Assembly (NCBI GenBank): GCA_045837725.1
Contig: JBEWZL010000266.1
Span: 186,001-250,000, forward strand
Length of the DNA stretch: 64,000 nucleotides
Origin: Vermamoeba vermiformis
Taxonomy: Eukaryota
Reading direction: 5' to 3'
Both the position numbers and the translations under genes were made by a program. Below are positions 1 to 14,195 of the stretch, in pieces (positions within the stretch are counted from its first letter, which is position 1; the number at the start of each line of letters is the position of its first letter). The notes under the pieces were generated by a model. That model was given only the letters and a program-made list of their open reading frames with translations. It was not told the DNA's origin and made no database searches.

Positions 1-1811
1 CCGACGATTCTAGTCAGTCTATTGAGTTAGACAAGCAATTGATAGACGAAATAGATCACGAAGAGCCTTATTATTTACTAGCAAAATCGTACTTCGATCT
101 CAAAGAATATTACAGAGCCTCAAATGCCCTCGTTGATTGCAACAACGCAAAGTGTGTATTTTTGAGAGGATATTCACGGTATTTAGTAAGTTGTCTTTCT
201 GCATCTGTCAAGCAACCTCATTAGATCTCAATGTATCCTTCATAGCTTGGAGAGAAACGAAAAGAAGAAGAAAGTCAAGAATTAGGAGGTACGCTATAGC
301 ACTGATATCTTGCATATTGAAGACACTGACTCGTATTGACGCCAGACAAGCCAGCGTTCAATCGCGAGTTGAAGGCGCTCAAAGATGACTTGCAACAGCG
401 CTACACTCACGAACAACTCGATGGCTTTGGTCTGTACCTGTACGTACTCGATTCTGCTGCATTGCGCGAGACTAACAATAGGGACAGATACGGACTGGTG
501 CTGAAGGAGCTCGAGCTCAAGTCGCAAGCAACACAGCTGTTCTGCGAGTCAGTCACGCACTATCCCTGGAACTGGTCTGCATGGCACGCACTGGCATCGC
601 TGTGTCAGGACCGAGAACAAGTGGACAAGCTGCCCCTGCCTGACCACTGGACCAAGTATCTGTTTGTGGCGCACACGTGCCTTGAACTGCAGCGCAACAA
701 CGAGAGTCTGGCCATGTACGAGCAGCTCAGCCACGTGTTCAGCAACAACAATTACATCCTCGCTCAGACTGCTCTGGCAAATTACAATCTGAAAGGTCAG
801 TAACGCTCACTCAATACTTACAGCCGTTGCAAAGCTGACCGTGTGGTGCAGAGTTTGATCGAGCGGAGGAGTTGTTTGATAGTCTCGCTACGATAGACCC
901 ATTCAGATTGACCAATATGGACGTGTATTCCAACATACTGTATGTCAAAGAAGAGAAGGCCAAGCTAAGCTACTTGGCAATGAAAGCAGTGCACTTGGAC
1001 AAGTACACTCCCGAGACGTGCTGCATTGTCGGCAACTACTACAGTATACGCGGTGAACACGCCAAGGCAGTGACGTACTTTCAGCGCGCACTGCAGCTCA
1101 ACAAGAAGTATTTGAGTGCGTGGACCTTGATAGGTCACGAGTACATTGAGCTCAAGAACACGAGTCAAGCCATCAAGGCCTATCGTGAGGCCGTCAAAGC
1201 GAGTGGTGGACGAGATTTCAGAGCCTGGTACGGCATTGGTCAGGCCTACGAACTGTTGCAGCTGCCACTCTGGGCTCTGCACTACTATCACCGCGCCGTG
1301 GCACTCAAACCCTACGATGCGCGCATGTGGGTAGCAGTGGCTGGCTGTCACGAACAAGCTGCTGCAACTACCACATCTGCGCATCACTTGGATCAGGCAA
1401 TCAAGTGTTACATCCGCGCGGAGCAGTGTGGTGATGTTGAAGCATTGCACAAATTAGCGCAATTATATCACAAGCTAGGACACGACGAACAAGCTGCTTT
1501 TTATTATCGTCGGCACTTGACAAGGTGCGATCAGGATCGCGTAAGTAACTCTAGCTAGCAAATGCGGTGACGCTAATTGGTCGTATATTTAGATTGAAGA
1601 TCAAACGACGATCGATGCACTACTCTTTCTGGCTCAATTCTGCAAGAGCTCTGGTCACGTAACGGATGCACTATTGTACTGCAACAGGTTGATGGACTAC
1701 TCGGGCAAAGAACAAGACGAAGCTAAAGCACTGATGCGCGACATTCACAGCTCACAGCAATATATGACTAGCACATTAGACACCTCCACTTCTCAGCTTG
1801 ACACGCCCTGA
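1..1811 (+). CDS. CDC23: Anaphase-promoting complex subunit 8 (Cdc23), TPR protein; 5' end outside window, spliced
   Basis: [72 protein letters not shown] are Cdc23 motifs; GT-AG introns; stop TGA 1809-1811. Confidence 0.95.
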
Positions 1812-2054
1812 GCCCGGAGTAATTGTACAGTAAATGTAATTGCGAAAATGTTTGCTTAGCTGCCTATGTATACTACTAGTGCTACATTGCAATGTGCTCG
1901 TATTGAGGTTATTAGGAGTGCTCTGTGCCTGCAGCGCGAAGAGATTTACTCTGCAAAAAATTTAACGGTCGAGTCTTGCAGAACAAATCAAATATCTGTA
2001 TTATAACAACCACCACCTCAGTCATTTAGTAGTGTTGTAAAATAAACCCTACAA

Positions 2055-3177
2055 ATGGGCGGTTGTTTTGGCAAATCTAAAACGGAAACGAAACCGACAC
2101 GGAATCAAGTAGACAGGCCAGATGAGAAGACAAATTCACAGTACGTAATTGCTAAAATACCTTTAATAATAATCGAGTAATTTTGGAGATTGATTACAAC
2201 CAATTTATTTGAATGGGAGAGTAAAATTATATCGAGAATTGTAACGATCTAAAATAATTGTAATCAACAATTCAACTTTGTTAACAATATTAACGTGTCA
2301 TTATTATACGTAGATTCCGTATTTTATTACTAGGAGATTCAGGTAAAGTAATAAAAACAGCCGCAGCATAATTAAATCCAGCCTCTATTAATTAAATTAC
2401 AGCACTTTGATATAGCTTTTAATTAATGATAATATCTACAGGTGTCGGAAAAACGTCTTTGCTCCTTCGTTTTGTGGTATGAAAAATAACCGTACTTAGT
2501 TTACCCAAGGCTAATTTCGTGCTTCTAGGACAACTCCTTCACTGACGCATTCATTAATAATATTGGTGGTGATTATCGAGAAAAACAAGTCACAGTTGGC
2601 AAGGCGAACTGCACGCTGCAGATTGTAAGTACACTGACCAGGACACTGCAGGCTGTGATTGCTAACAATTTGTTTGCATGCTTAGTGGGACACTGCTGGA
2701 CAAGAGAGGTGCGTACTGCTCATTACTATACATAGATATACAACATGTGTCGTGCTACAATCATCACTCACGCGTGACACTACAGGTTCCGTCAAATCAC
2801 ATCGTCGTTCTATCGCGGTGCCCACGGCATACTGGTGGTGTTCGACTTGAACAATCGCGAGTCCTTTGACAATCTGCAGCGCGGCTGGATGAAAGACATT
2901 CACAAGTACTCCACCAGCACTGTCAGCATCATACTCGTCGGCAACAAGTCTGACACCACACAAGACCGCGCTGTCTCACTCGAAGACGCCAAGGTACTCT
3001 ATAACGGACTATACTTACTCGCGACTAGTGTTATTAATATTGCGTGTTCAGGCCTATGCAGAACAAATGGACATTCCGTACGTGGAGACTTCAGCCAAGA
3101 CAAATGCCAATGTAGAGACAACTTTTATGAAGCTAGTAGAGTCTATGCTAAAGAGCGAGCAAGCAGATGATGGCTGA
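2055..3177 (+). CDS. Rab1/Rab8-like small GTPase with MGGCFGK N-terminus and no C-terminal prenylation motif
   Basis: Spliced exons give [42 protein letters not shown], ETSAK; ends ...KSEQADDG*. Confidence 0.9.
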
Positions 3178-3435
3178 GCTATAATCAACCTGTTTATAGT
3201 GCTCTATTTGTCTAAAATTATTTATTTTTTGTTGTCCAAAACGACGTTTTTGAACCCTCAATTTTGTAGAATATAAACAACTGTGATTAATTGTATTAAG
3301 TGATTGTGTACATACCTGGGATGTTGCAACTTGTGGACAAATATTGCACCAAAACTTGGTTTGGTGTGTTTGGCAAATTGCACGCCGATCAAGAGCCACT
3401 TTAGAAATATTACAGCAAATGACGAACACAACTCA

Positions 3436-6400
3436 ATGAGCCTCACTAAGAAGTTCTTTAAAGCCTTGCTAAAGCAGCATCTGGGGCCCTATTTGATGGG
3501 CGAGATGTTGTGTTTAGAACAAATTGAGGCTGGTCTTGGGTCGATCAAGCTGCACGATCTTCAGTTCGATCCACAGGTAACTACCCTTGCGTTGGCGATA
3601 GCAATGCCCACTAACAATTTCTTTGCAGAAAATCAACGACAAGCTCGTTGGCTCTCCTGTACTCGTCAAACACATGCACATTCTTCATGCTACCATCAGC
3701 ATCCCGCTTATTAATTGGAATGAGAACTGTAAATTAAAATTAGAGGATTTTGAATTGATTTTAGAAGTGAATAACAATGCTACTACTGGCGGTAAGTTCA
3801 AACAGAATTTAATCCAATTGCATCCACGCGAAAATTAATTTCCGAGCTTGTTCAAACTCGCGTAAATTTATTTGTTCTGGAATTTTTCGGAGCCTTTTAT
3901 TAGCCATTATTTTCTTTGGGTGAAAAACAATTCTTTATTACCCCACCATTTCCTATATTCACAAGAATAATTTCCAAACCAGATGCAAAGACAGATGTCG
4001 AATTATTGGCGAGCATTGTCAACGGGGCAGATTCAATATTTGAAGATGGACTCAAGAAAATGATTTCAGACGAAGAAGACAATTCAAAGCGCAGCAAGAA
4101 AGTGCTGATCCAATTTCTCGAACAGCTGTTTTTTGGCGCAGAAGTCGAGATTATTAACGCTGCCATTCGACTCGAGGCACGCGATGAACAACAGAACACG
4201 CAACACAAGCGCGCGGGATTAGCAGTGCTGTGTCCACGATTTTACTATCACAATCCCCAGGGCACAACCACGGACCCAGAACTGCACAAAGTCGTGACAA
4301 TTACAGGTCTGCGCATCGGACTGTGGGACTTGAGTGGCCAGGGACCGAATGAGTCCGCCTTCGCATCGTCCATGCTGACTGAAGCAGCGGTGCGACAACG
4401 ACTGACCACACTGTTCACCACGAGCCAGGACATTCAATGCGATGTCAAGGTACAAATTGAGAAGAAATTTCAACCGCGATCACGTGAAGAGGTGACAGCA
4501 CGAGACAGCAAGGACAGTGTGACCAATGAGCGCAAGACCATCAAGCGCGTCGATTTGCAGTGTGATGTGAATGAAGTGCACTGCTGTTTGAACCCCAAGC
4601 AGATGCACCGCGTGTTGGAGCTGTTGACAGCTGTCACTGCCAGCACTGCGAGTAGTGCGAGTGTCACGCCGAGCAACAGCCGCAACATTGCAAGCAACGC
4701 GAAGAAACAGACACGCAACAACAATGTGCATCTATCAGCCTCACCGAATGACAAGTACATGTTTCAGTCTTATGTGCCTGATTATGTAGACAATAGCGAC
4801 GATGAATATACATCGTTCAGTGAAGGGGAGGAGGACGAGGAGGATGACGGCATGGATCAGATCTGGTTCAAAGCTGACGATGCCGCAAGCAACAACAACA
4901 ACAATCCGCGCACCAATCCCAAGATGAATCCAATCAGCGAGGACGGTGCAGAGGACGACGACACCGTGATCATTAGTGCACAGCTGATTAAGAGCAGATT
5001 TCCCGATGACATTGATGAGTTCAAAGACGTCGATGACGATGAGTTGAATGACGTCATGGGCAGCAGTGCAGACAAGTTGATGATCGACAAGGCGAAGATT
5101 GATTGGAGTGTCAAATTGAACATGCAGCTCATTTCTCTGTCACTGCTCTACGACTCCTATCACAGTCCCAAAGTACTCAACGCACTTATACCCCACTCCA
5201 CGCATCACAACCTCACGCACGATCATCTTAACATGCTCGTGCAGCAATTCAACATGCATATTGACCACACAGGGTCCAATCGAGTGATAGATCTGCACAT
5301 TGGTGACATTGCAGTCACGGAACACTTCTTCAAAGTGCACCACACTACCGTCGAGTCTGATATTCACAGCAGTCGCTCCTCTGAGTTCACCGATGTGCTG
5401 CACGATGAAGATCTCAATTCCGAGCACAGTGACAATCACATTGTGCGACATTTGTTGCGTGTAGAATCACCGCTTGAAGGTCCTAACACTTTGCAACGCT
5501 CTCATCACGGTCCAGCGCTCATACTGAATATGAGCACCACACGTGGCTTGCAATCCGTCAAAGCACAACTCGCCCCATTCAGATTGGAGATCGACGTAGA
5601 TCTGCCCAATCGACTCGACAACTGGCTGCACGCACTGGAAGGCTGGAGCAAAGAACGCGCCGTCAAATCTGCACCCTCTCCTGCTACACCCGCACAGCGA
5701 ATTAACTCACGGCCATCGAGCTACAAATCGACTTCTGGCAGCTTCAAATCAGCACCGCGCAGCTGGTCCTCCACGAGCAACAAAAGTGAAGAGCTGTCTG
5801 ATCGTATGGAAGAGCTGATGCACGAGCTCAAGATCAGCGGTGAATTCTTGCGCGTGGTTGTTAAATTCCCGCACCGTGAAGAGAAGCACGAGAGCAATGT
5901 CAACAGCCAGTTCCGCAGGTGAGTGAAAGAGTGTTGTTGAGTGCGCAGCCACTAACTGATTGGCAGAGACGCGCGCACACGACGTGAAGCACTGGTGCTG
6001 GAGCTGATCAATCCCCAAGTGCGCTGTCACTCGATTGTGAACCATCCCTCCGTGCAGTATCACTTCCACTTCGATCAACTCACTGCCTATCTGGCGCGCA
6101 ATCACGAGGACAAGATGACTGGGTGGCGTCAAATCCTTGAAATTCATCAGTTGTCCAGCAGCAGTGAGGCCACAGAGCCCGTGACACTGACGCTGCTCAG
6201 TGCTGTCAATGCTGCTCCTGTACATCCTGCAAAGCCACGCGAGAACGATAGCAAAGAGCCCTGGCAACAATGGCGTCAACAGTACGAGGGCCCCTTTCAA
6301 TCGGTGATGACAGTGACTGAGGGGCTGATTCTCAACAGCAAGACTGAGACCATGGACCCCGTGCCCGCGTTGCTGCCTATCGACGAGCTGATTGCTTGGA

Positions 6401-9287
6401 AGAGCAGCACCATGGAGAGCTGTCGATTGGTGCTCACCCTGACATTCCCGCACGTGACTGTCGATCTCGCGCGATCAGATTATGCGCTGCTCATGGAACT
6501 CATCGAATCGTTGCTGCTCAGCATGCAACAGTACTCGAGCAGTGTGGCTGTCACGCGCGATGAGGCTACAGTGCCGAGTATTGCAGACTCGCTCAGCACG
6601 GCAGCAGTCATGTTGCACATTAAGAGCGGTGAGATTGTGCTGCATCACGAGGCTGAAGGACCCCAAGAACCCAGTTACAGCTATGGCCTCGAAGTGGATG
6701 GCGTGCAGCTGTTCACTGTCTCAGGCTACAAGGGCTCCACCAAGAGCTACATGACCTTTGCTATGGACACGCTCACTGCCGTGGACAATCGTCGTGATCG
6801 CGAGCTCTTGGCGTACAAATCACAGCGCAGTGGCCTCAAGCTGAAGGGCCGCGATGTGCTCTCCGTCACCACTGCCTCCGACACTCGCGTCAATCAGCCA
6901 CTGCACTCGGTGATGCTGATCAACGTCGCTGAACTGCTGCTCAAACAAACGGACTTCACTTGGCTCACGAACTTCACGCACTATGTCACGCGTACTAGTC
7001 TATTGCCCGATGTCGCGAGTGACGAGCAGCTCTTTGTAACATTGGACGATGTCACTTGGCAGATCATTCATCCCAACAAGTGTGCTGGCGTACTCACTGC
7101 GCAGTCACTCAAATTAGCGCATCGATCCTCACGCCCAGTCACCTCCGCACAGAGTTCTAGCTATGCGGCCTTGGCCAATCATCTCACGCTCTTTGTGCTC
7201 GCGAACACGGATCACGCCAAGCCCGTGCCTTACCACACGATCTTCTCGACGCGCGAAGATGACACGCAGCTCACCTATCAGCAGCGCGTGCACGAGTACT
7301 GGCGCACATGTGGCTACGTGCCAGTGGCGCATCAGGACTTCACGGAACTGTCAGCGATGTCTCACAACAAAGAGCCCGGATTTCAGCTCAAATTGTCCAA
7401 CAATCTGCTCACGGTTGACACGTGCGTGGATTCATTCAAAGCGCTGCAGAACTTCATCAGCTCGTGGCTAGCGAGTGACCCCAACTCCACGGCCAATACG
7501 ACACCCAACAACTCTTCGGCGACTGATGTGCAGCCAGGACCCAACAACAACGATCTGTCCGACGACTCGGAGATTGATTTGAATGCGCGCACACCGAACA
7601 CGCAATCGCTGCTCGGAGATTCATTGCGCGAGGACTACGTGGAAGATGAAAAGCAAGACGAGGGCTATGTGATCTTTGCGCTGGATGAGAGTGACGTCAT
7701 CACCCCCAAGACACAGCCCCTCACTTCAGTGCCGCTCTTGCACTCGCAGTCCATGGGCACCGTGTCGCGTCGTGACTCGGATGTCAAGTCCGTGCATCAG
7801 AACATGAACACCGCACCGCGCAGTGAGGGCGCAGTACAGTGGCTGAGTGAAGATCAACAGTTGGTGCTGGTGCCTGACTACCTGGATCAGATCAGTCGCG
7901 ATGAAGAGGACTTTGTGTTCAAATTACCCGCGCACTACCCCACTCCCACCAGCTCAGTGGCACTGATCGACATCAAGATACAGTGGAACTTGCACTCGGG
8001 TCATGATTGGGGCAGATTGGCCAAGCGGGGTCCTGCCCTCATGCAGCTCTCGCTCGACAAGCTCAACTTTCAACAGCTCTACTTCCCAGCCCCTGCCGCA
8101 CCCCTCACCGAGGACGATGATGAACACCCCGCTTGGCGCATCAATCTCTCCGTGTACGATGTGGTGTTGTACGATCTGCACCCGTCCTCGTCGTGGAACA
8201 AGTTCCTCTGTCACAACGTCAAGATTGCACGTCCACACTTCAATGCTCCGATGCTCTCCACGGTGTTGCAAGCCAGACATCGTAGCCCCACGAGTCTCGC
8301 CTATCACTGGAAGGTACTTGACGGCTTTCAATCTTTGTCTGGCCACGTACTAACTTCCATTTGCAGCTCTCGGTACTGCCACTGCGACTCAACATTGACC
8401 AAGACACCCTCAGCTTCTTGAACGAATATTTCACGGAAGCATTCGACACCCCACACAACGAGACCCCACCAGTGAGTGACGAAGAATTGCCCTGGATTGA
8501 GAGCGTGGAAGTGCTGCCCATCAGAGCCCTGGTTGATGTCAAAGTGAAAGAAGTGTCTCAAGTGCGCAGTCAAGCGCTCTCAGTACTCAGCACGGAGAAT
8601 GCACAACTCGACATTAAGCGCATTCGCATCAGTGATGTGCGGGGCTGGGCGGCTGTCATGCACGCTGTCGCCAGTGAGGCCACGCGACAACTGTTGCGCC
8701 AAGCACCAGGCCAGTACATTGCAGGACTGCGCGGTCTGCCGCACTATCTCTCGCACTTGTCGTCTGCTGTCTCAGGCCTCGTACTGGTGCCCTGGCAAGA
8801 ATATTCCAAATCAGGCAACGTCTCGCAAGGCTTCGTCAAGGCGTGGACTAACTTCGCGCGAGAGCTCACCGTGGGCTCAGCAGACTTGGCAGGTCGTGCG
8901 ATGGTAGATGCTTCAGCGCTGCTCGATCGATTGTTGGGCGAGTCGAGTGAAGCGAGTGCGCAAAGTGGCACTGTGCCAGGCGACAAGAGACCGAGCAAGT
9001 ACGCGGGACTGCCTTCCAACACCACCGAGGGACTGCAGGGGGCGTGGGAGTCCATGTCACGCGAGCTCAAGACGGCCAAAGATCGCTTGTTCGTGGTGCC
9101 CATGCGCGAATACAAGCAGCGCGGTACGCAGGGACTGTTGCGCTCCGTGGTCAAGGGCGTGCCTGTAGCGATCGTGAAGCCGCTGATAGGCACGACTGAA
9201 GGACTGGGCAAGGTGTTCTTAGGTGTGCGCAACTCTATCGACAAGAATCAGAAGCTCGATAGCGACAACAAGTACGGCAAAAAGTAA
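3436..9287 (+). CDS. ATG2: Autophagy-related protein 2 (chorein-N lipid transfer protein)
   Basis: Chorein-like N-terminus (LLKQHLGPYL..IKLHDL), DTCVDSFKALQNF (CAD-like motif), SVLPLRLNIDQDTLSFL, ATG_C tail (PSNTTEGLQGAWESM..VPVAIVKPLIGTTEGLGKVFLGVRNSID). Confidence 0.92.
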
Positions 9288-9541
9288 TTGCAGATCTGCA
9301 TTACTCTCATGTATAATTAATTGTGAATAGCGAGGTCTGCAACCTCTCTTGTAAAAATATGTACAAAACCTCTCTTGTAAGATAAAAGATTCTGTAGTAT
9401 CTGTTTGCAACCTGCTCGGGCAAAAAATCGGAAAAATGAAAGTTTGAGGGAAATTCAATTAATAGTTTAATTATCCTGGTTGACAACAACTCCGTCCCTA
9501 GTTGTTTTTTTTAACTTTCTTTACCATCCAACACACCACCA

Positions 9542-11643
9542 ATGTCCCTGAAAAACGCAATTAAAAACGCGTAAGTGAAAGTTTCACCTGGTTTTTGTAC
9601 AATGTTTCTTTTCTTTATCTTTCTCGAACAATTTTATACATTAAGCCAATTAATTACACTTAGTTTAACGTCGTTAATTTAGTTAACGACAATAGCAAGT
9701 GAATAATAATTGCAATAATTTTTTAAATAAATTTGCCAATTAATTTTGCTCTTCAGGCGAAATTACGCTTTAAAGCGCACAGATATAGAAATTCTCGTAC
9801 GAGATGCAACATCGAACGAGAAGTGGGGACCTAGCGGCACCCAAATGTCTCAGATTGCTCAGGCAACTTTTTCGCATGCAGATTTCACACTTGTCATGAA
9901 TACTCTATGGGAGCGCATTAACGATCACGGAAAAAATTGGCGTCATATTTATAAGGTACAAAAGATTTACATTATCTGAAATTTCTCGATAGTGCTTGAA
10001 AACCGCATCCGTGTCAAGTAATCACTACTAATTTATTTATGTAGGCGCTATTAGTGATCGAATATTTGCTGCGTTGTGGCAGTGAACGTGTCATCAGCGA
10101 GTGTCGCTCAAAGATGATCGAGATCAAAACGCTGATGGAGTTCCAAAAGATTGACGATCACGACAAAGATGTGGGCTATTCGATCAGAGAGCGCGCCAAA
10201 CACGTGATTGAATTGATGCACGACGACAAGCGACTGCAAGACGAGCGCGACAAGGCGCAGAAGAACAAAGACAAGTACGGCGTGGCCATGTCCAATGTCG
10301 CTGGTGGCACTGGCAGCTACAGCAGCACCAGCAGTGCGTCGTACGGCAACACTAGCAGCAGCTCTTACGGCGGCACTACACGCAAGCCAATGACCTCCAT
10401 GGGCTACACACCAGGCCAGGGCACGTACGGCTCAGCCATGCGCGAGACACGTGACCGCGATCGTGACAGTTATAGCTCCGGCAACTCTCTTGAACCACGC
10501 GGCAGTTTCCGCAATTCATCGAGCAACAGCCGCGAGACTACACGTGAGTCCTCGCGCGATCAGACGAGTCGTGCCAGCACTCAAGCCTCACGTGCTCGTG
10601 CACCCTCCATCAGCGACGAGGAGTACTCGATCAGCGACGATGAACCACCGCGTCCCTCTGCCTCACAGCCGCGTCGTCCCTCCAACTCCACACCCAACAC
10701 CAACAACACCACCTCCGTCGATGACTTCTTTGCCCCGCGCGGAGGCTCATTCGTGTCCGCCCCAAGCACGACGCAGAACACGCAGGCAGGCACCAACAAC
10801 GCAGACCCCTTGTGGGCGATATTGGCTGGTCCCTCAGCCCCCACACAGCCCGCACCACTCACCACACCCAGCACTGGCTACACACCGTTCTCATTCCCTC
10901 CAGCTCCCACCTCGTCAGTCACCACACCCACCAACAACTCGGCCATGTTGTTCCCCAACACCACTGCTGGCCCCTCCGTAGTCTCCACGCAGCAGTCCTT
11001 CCAAGCCCTCTCACTCAACTCCGTCGGCACTGGCAACAACGGCTCATTCTTTCCGAGTCCGCGCAACAACACTGACGACGATTGGAACGACTTCAAGAAG
11101 GCAGGCGTGAGCTCGAGCACACCCTCCACCAACTCGCTGAGCAATCAACTCGGTGTCAAGTCAGATCTGATTGACCTCGACTCACTCACTAACAACAAGA
11201 GACCAGACACTAAGGCGAGCACCACTCCTGCATATCGTCCTATTGTAGCATCGAGCACCACACCAGCGACGACAAGTGGCATGACTATGACCCCTAACGG
11301 CGGCATGATGATGAACAACACGGGCATGATGGGCTACAACACGATGGGCACACCGACTATGATGAACAACACGAGCACGCAGAATATGATGCTCAATCCA
11401 GGCATGAACTACAACAGCGGCATGATGATGAACAACAATGTCGGTATGATGGGCAACAACACTGGGGGCATGATGATGACACCGAACAACAACAGCGGCA
11501 TGATGATGAACAACACGGGCATGATGTACAACAACGCGATGATGACTCCCAACAACAACACTGGGGGCATGATGATGAACTACCCGACCATGAACAGCGG
11601 CATGGCAGTCAATAACTCCGCGAACAATCAGTTTAAGTTTTAA
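9542..11643 (+). CDS. ENTH-domain epsin/epsinR-like clathrin adaptor
   Basis: VRDATSNEKWGPSG, WERINDHGKNWRHIYK, IEYLLRCGSE; DDDWNDF and DLIDLD adaptor/clathrin-type motifs; Met-rich tail. Confidence 0.9.
11290..11605 (+). repeat. Coding low-complexity repeat (GGMMMNN / MMTPNNN units) in the epsin tail
   Basis: Repeated ggcatgatgatgaac and aacaacactgggggcatgatgatg units. Confidence 0.8.
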
Positions 11644-11745
11644 CATCACTCTTATTTATTTGTTTGTAATTTATTGCCGAGTGACAATAAAAGTGAAGAC
11701 GTCATATATGGAGTTATTAATGCACAAGAAGCACTGACGCAGCCA

Positions 11746-13823
11746 CTAAGCATCGAGCATGGTGGCCAAGTAGCGGTGCGCAAAGTCAGTGATGAGCGAG
11801 CGGTCAGGCAGCGAGGCCACCACGCCGTACATGGGCGCAGAACCACCCGAGAACTGTTCGTCCTTGGGCATGGCACGCACTTCAGCGACAGCTTCGGTCA
11901 AGTCCTGCAAGAACTCCTGCTCGCGACCCACGTGACGCATGGTGACGCAGAGGTGCAGCCTGTGCAAGGGGGGGTGAGTGGTGTGTGCGTGGTGCGAGTG
12001 CGGTACTTACGCGCTGGGCTGTTGCAAGGCATCGAGGTGCCAGTGACGACGGGACATGGCGTCGTTGACTTTGAAGATGTCGAGCTTGGTGCTGCTGTTG
12101 AAGGTGAAGGCCACCACGGGCGAGGTGGGCAGACCCAACACGCGCAGTCCAGTCACGTGCTCGCTGTCTTGAATGCCCTTCACCAGGGCCTGTTGCGTGT
12201 TCATGATCTTGAGTGCGGAGTTGCGATAGCCCTCGTCACCTAATTCAGTGAAAGCGGTTCAGTGAACTGACAACTCACGTGCTCGTACTCACCGTTGAAC
12301 AGCATGACAGCCCACGTGCAGGCGAGGAGTGCACCAGGCCGCGAGCCCGCGAGTGAAGGTGAGGCGTAAATGCCGCCCGACCAGTCCGTGGCCACGAAGA
12401 ACATGTGCTCGCGAATGCTCTTGTCGCGGAACAGCAGCACACTCGTGCCCTTGGGTGCAAAGCCGTACTTGTGCGTGTCAGCTGAGATCGAGGTGACACG
12501 TGCCACCGCGAAGTCAAAGGTCGGCACGCCGTAGTTACCCTCGCGCAGTGCCCAGGGCAACACAAATCCGCCGAGACAGCTGTCCACGTGCAGACCAATG
12601 CGACCGACACGTGCACTGTGGCGCGGATCCACTTGCTCCAACACGGCACTCAGACCTTCAATGTCGTCGACAATGCCGTGCGGATAGTTCGGAGCAGATC
12701 CGACCACCAATATGGTGTTTCTATTTATAGCGCGCTTGACAGCATTCAAATCCACGCGCAGTGTGTTGGGATCGAGATCGATCTTCACGAGCTTCACTCG
12801 GAGATATTCCGCCGCTTTGTCAAAGGCAGGGTGAGCTGTCACAGGCATGACGCTAAAAATAGATCAGTCGCGGTCAGCGAGGCACTTGGACGTACACTTC
12901 AGGCTCGGTGATTCCAAATAAGGCAAGTGCGCGATCACGGTAAGTTTTGACGGCCATAAATAGACTGCGTGGGAGTTACTAATTAGGAGGCCAATGACCA
13001 AATAAGGCAAGCAGTTACCTGTCAGTGCCACCGCTAGTGACCACACCGCACGTGTCCTGATCACCGCGCATGATGCGAGCAGTCATGTGGATGATCTCCG
13101 CTTCAAATCTGCGCACGGAGCTGAACACATCCGCGTGCAGGGCATTGGCCAGGGTGTAGCGCGCATAGACCTTGTTGATCAGCTCGGTGATGCTGCTGTC
13201 GTTGCTGTAGATCTTGCCTGACAGTTTGCCTGTCGACAGTATATTAATATTCAGCTATAATCATGCGTATACAGTCAACTAAGCGCAGTTGATTTTGTCG
13301 ATCACAACTCTCGCGCGAGATCTCGTCTTTAACTTGATTTAAAATGGGATTGCGATTGCAACGCTGATATGTGATGGAAGATGCACATTATCGCATAATT
13401 AATCGCGTTGCCGAATAAATAATTAAAATTGAACTTGCCTTCTTTGACAATTTCTTGTTCGCGTTTGCTGAGCACATCTATCATGGCGAAGATGTCTGCT
13501 TCACTGACGCCCTTCTCAGGCAAGGCATTAATACGGGCAGGCATGCCTGGTTCCTGATCGTGCTTGGTAAACAGCTTGGTGATATCCTCAGCCATCTTCT
13601 CTTGCTGCTTGCTCACCACGCCACTCACGCCAGGCACTTGGCGCACAGTGCGCAGCAGAACACCGAGCAGCTGTCGCACACTCTTCTTCAGTCCGGTGCG
13701 ACGGATGCTGTTCAAGATCTGCACTCCGCCCAGCACAGCAAGCGTGGCTAAAATGACCGTGCTGGGTCTGTATTGTTTTAAGCGATTATCTACGCTATTA
13801 AGGAGTTCAGTTGTGGTGTTCAT
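11746..13823 (-). CDS. SGPL1: Sphingosine-1-phosphate lyase (PLP-dependent)
   Basis: TAHPAFDKAAEY, LHVDSCLGGF, SISADTHKYGFAPKGTSV, WSGGIYASPSLAGSRPG; N-terminal TM segment. Confidence 0.95.
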
Positions 13824-14195
13824 GGCTCAATTCGTAACAACATTAAGTTCCGCGACACATGTCAAAGCATTTATTTCACATTTGTGTCCGGAGCGGAACA
13901 GATTCCCATTCACAATAGTTGTACTGAAATTACTTAGCGCCGTTTGAAGGCCAATTAAGGAGTTAAGGAGGAATACACAACGCAATAACACCCTTCGATG
14001 TTGGCTGCAAGGGACGTTCAAGATTCAAAGGGTAGATACATTTGGAGTTTGATTACTTAAGCAACTCGACACGTCAATTTGCCAGTACCATCTCCTTCCA
14101 ATTAGGCTGACTCTTGTTCAGATGGTACCGCCACCAACTTTGAAGGTTACCTGCGGGCACAGGATCCTGTCCACAAAAATTTTTCATCCTTCCAT

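Noticed and set aside
233-240. GTATCCTT U12-like donor in CDC23
   Set aside because: It lies at the 3' end of an ordinary GTAAGT..TAG intron, not at a donor position.
11290-11605. Tandem repeats resembling an array
   Set aside because: In-frame Met/Asn/Gly low-complexity coding sequence; no repeat-spacer structure, not CRISPR.
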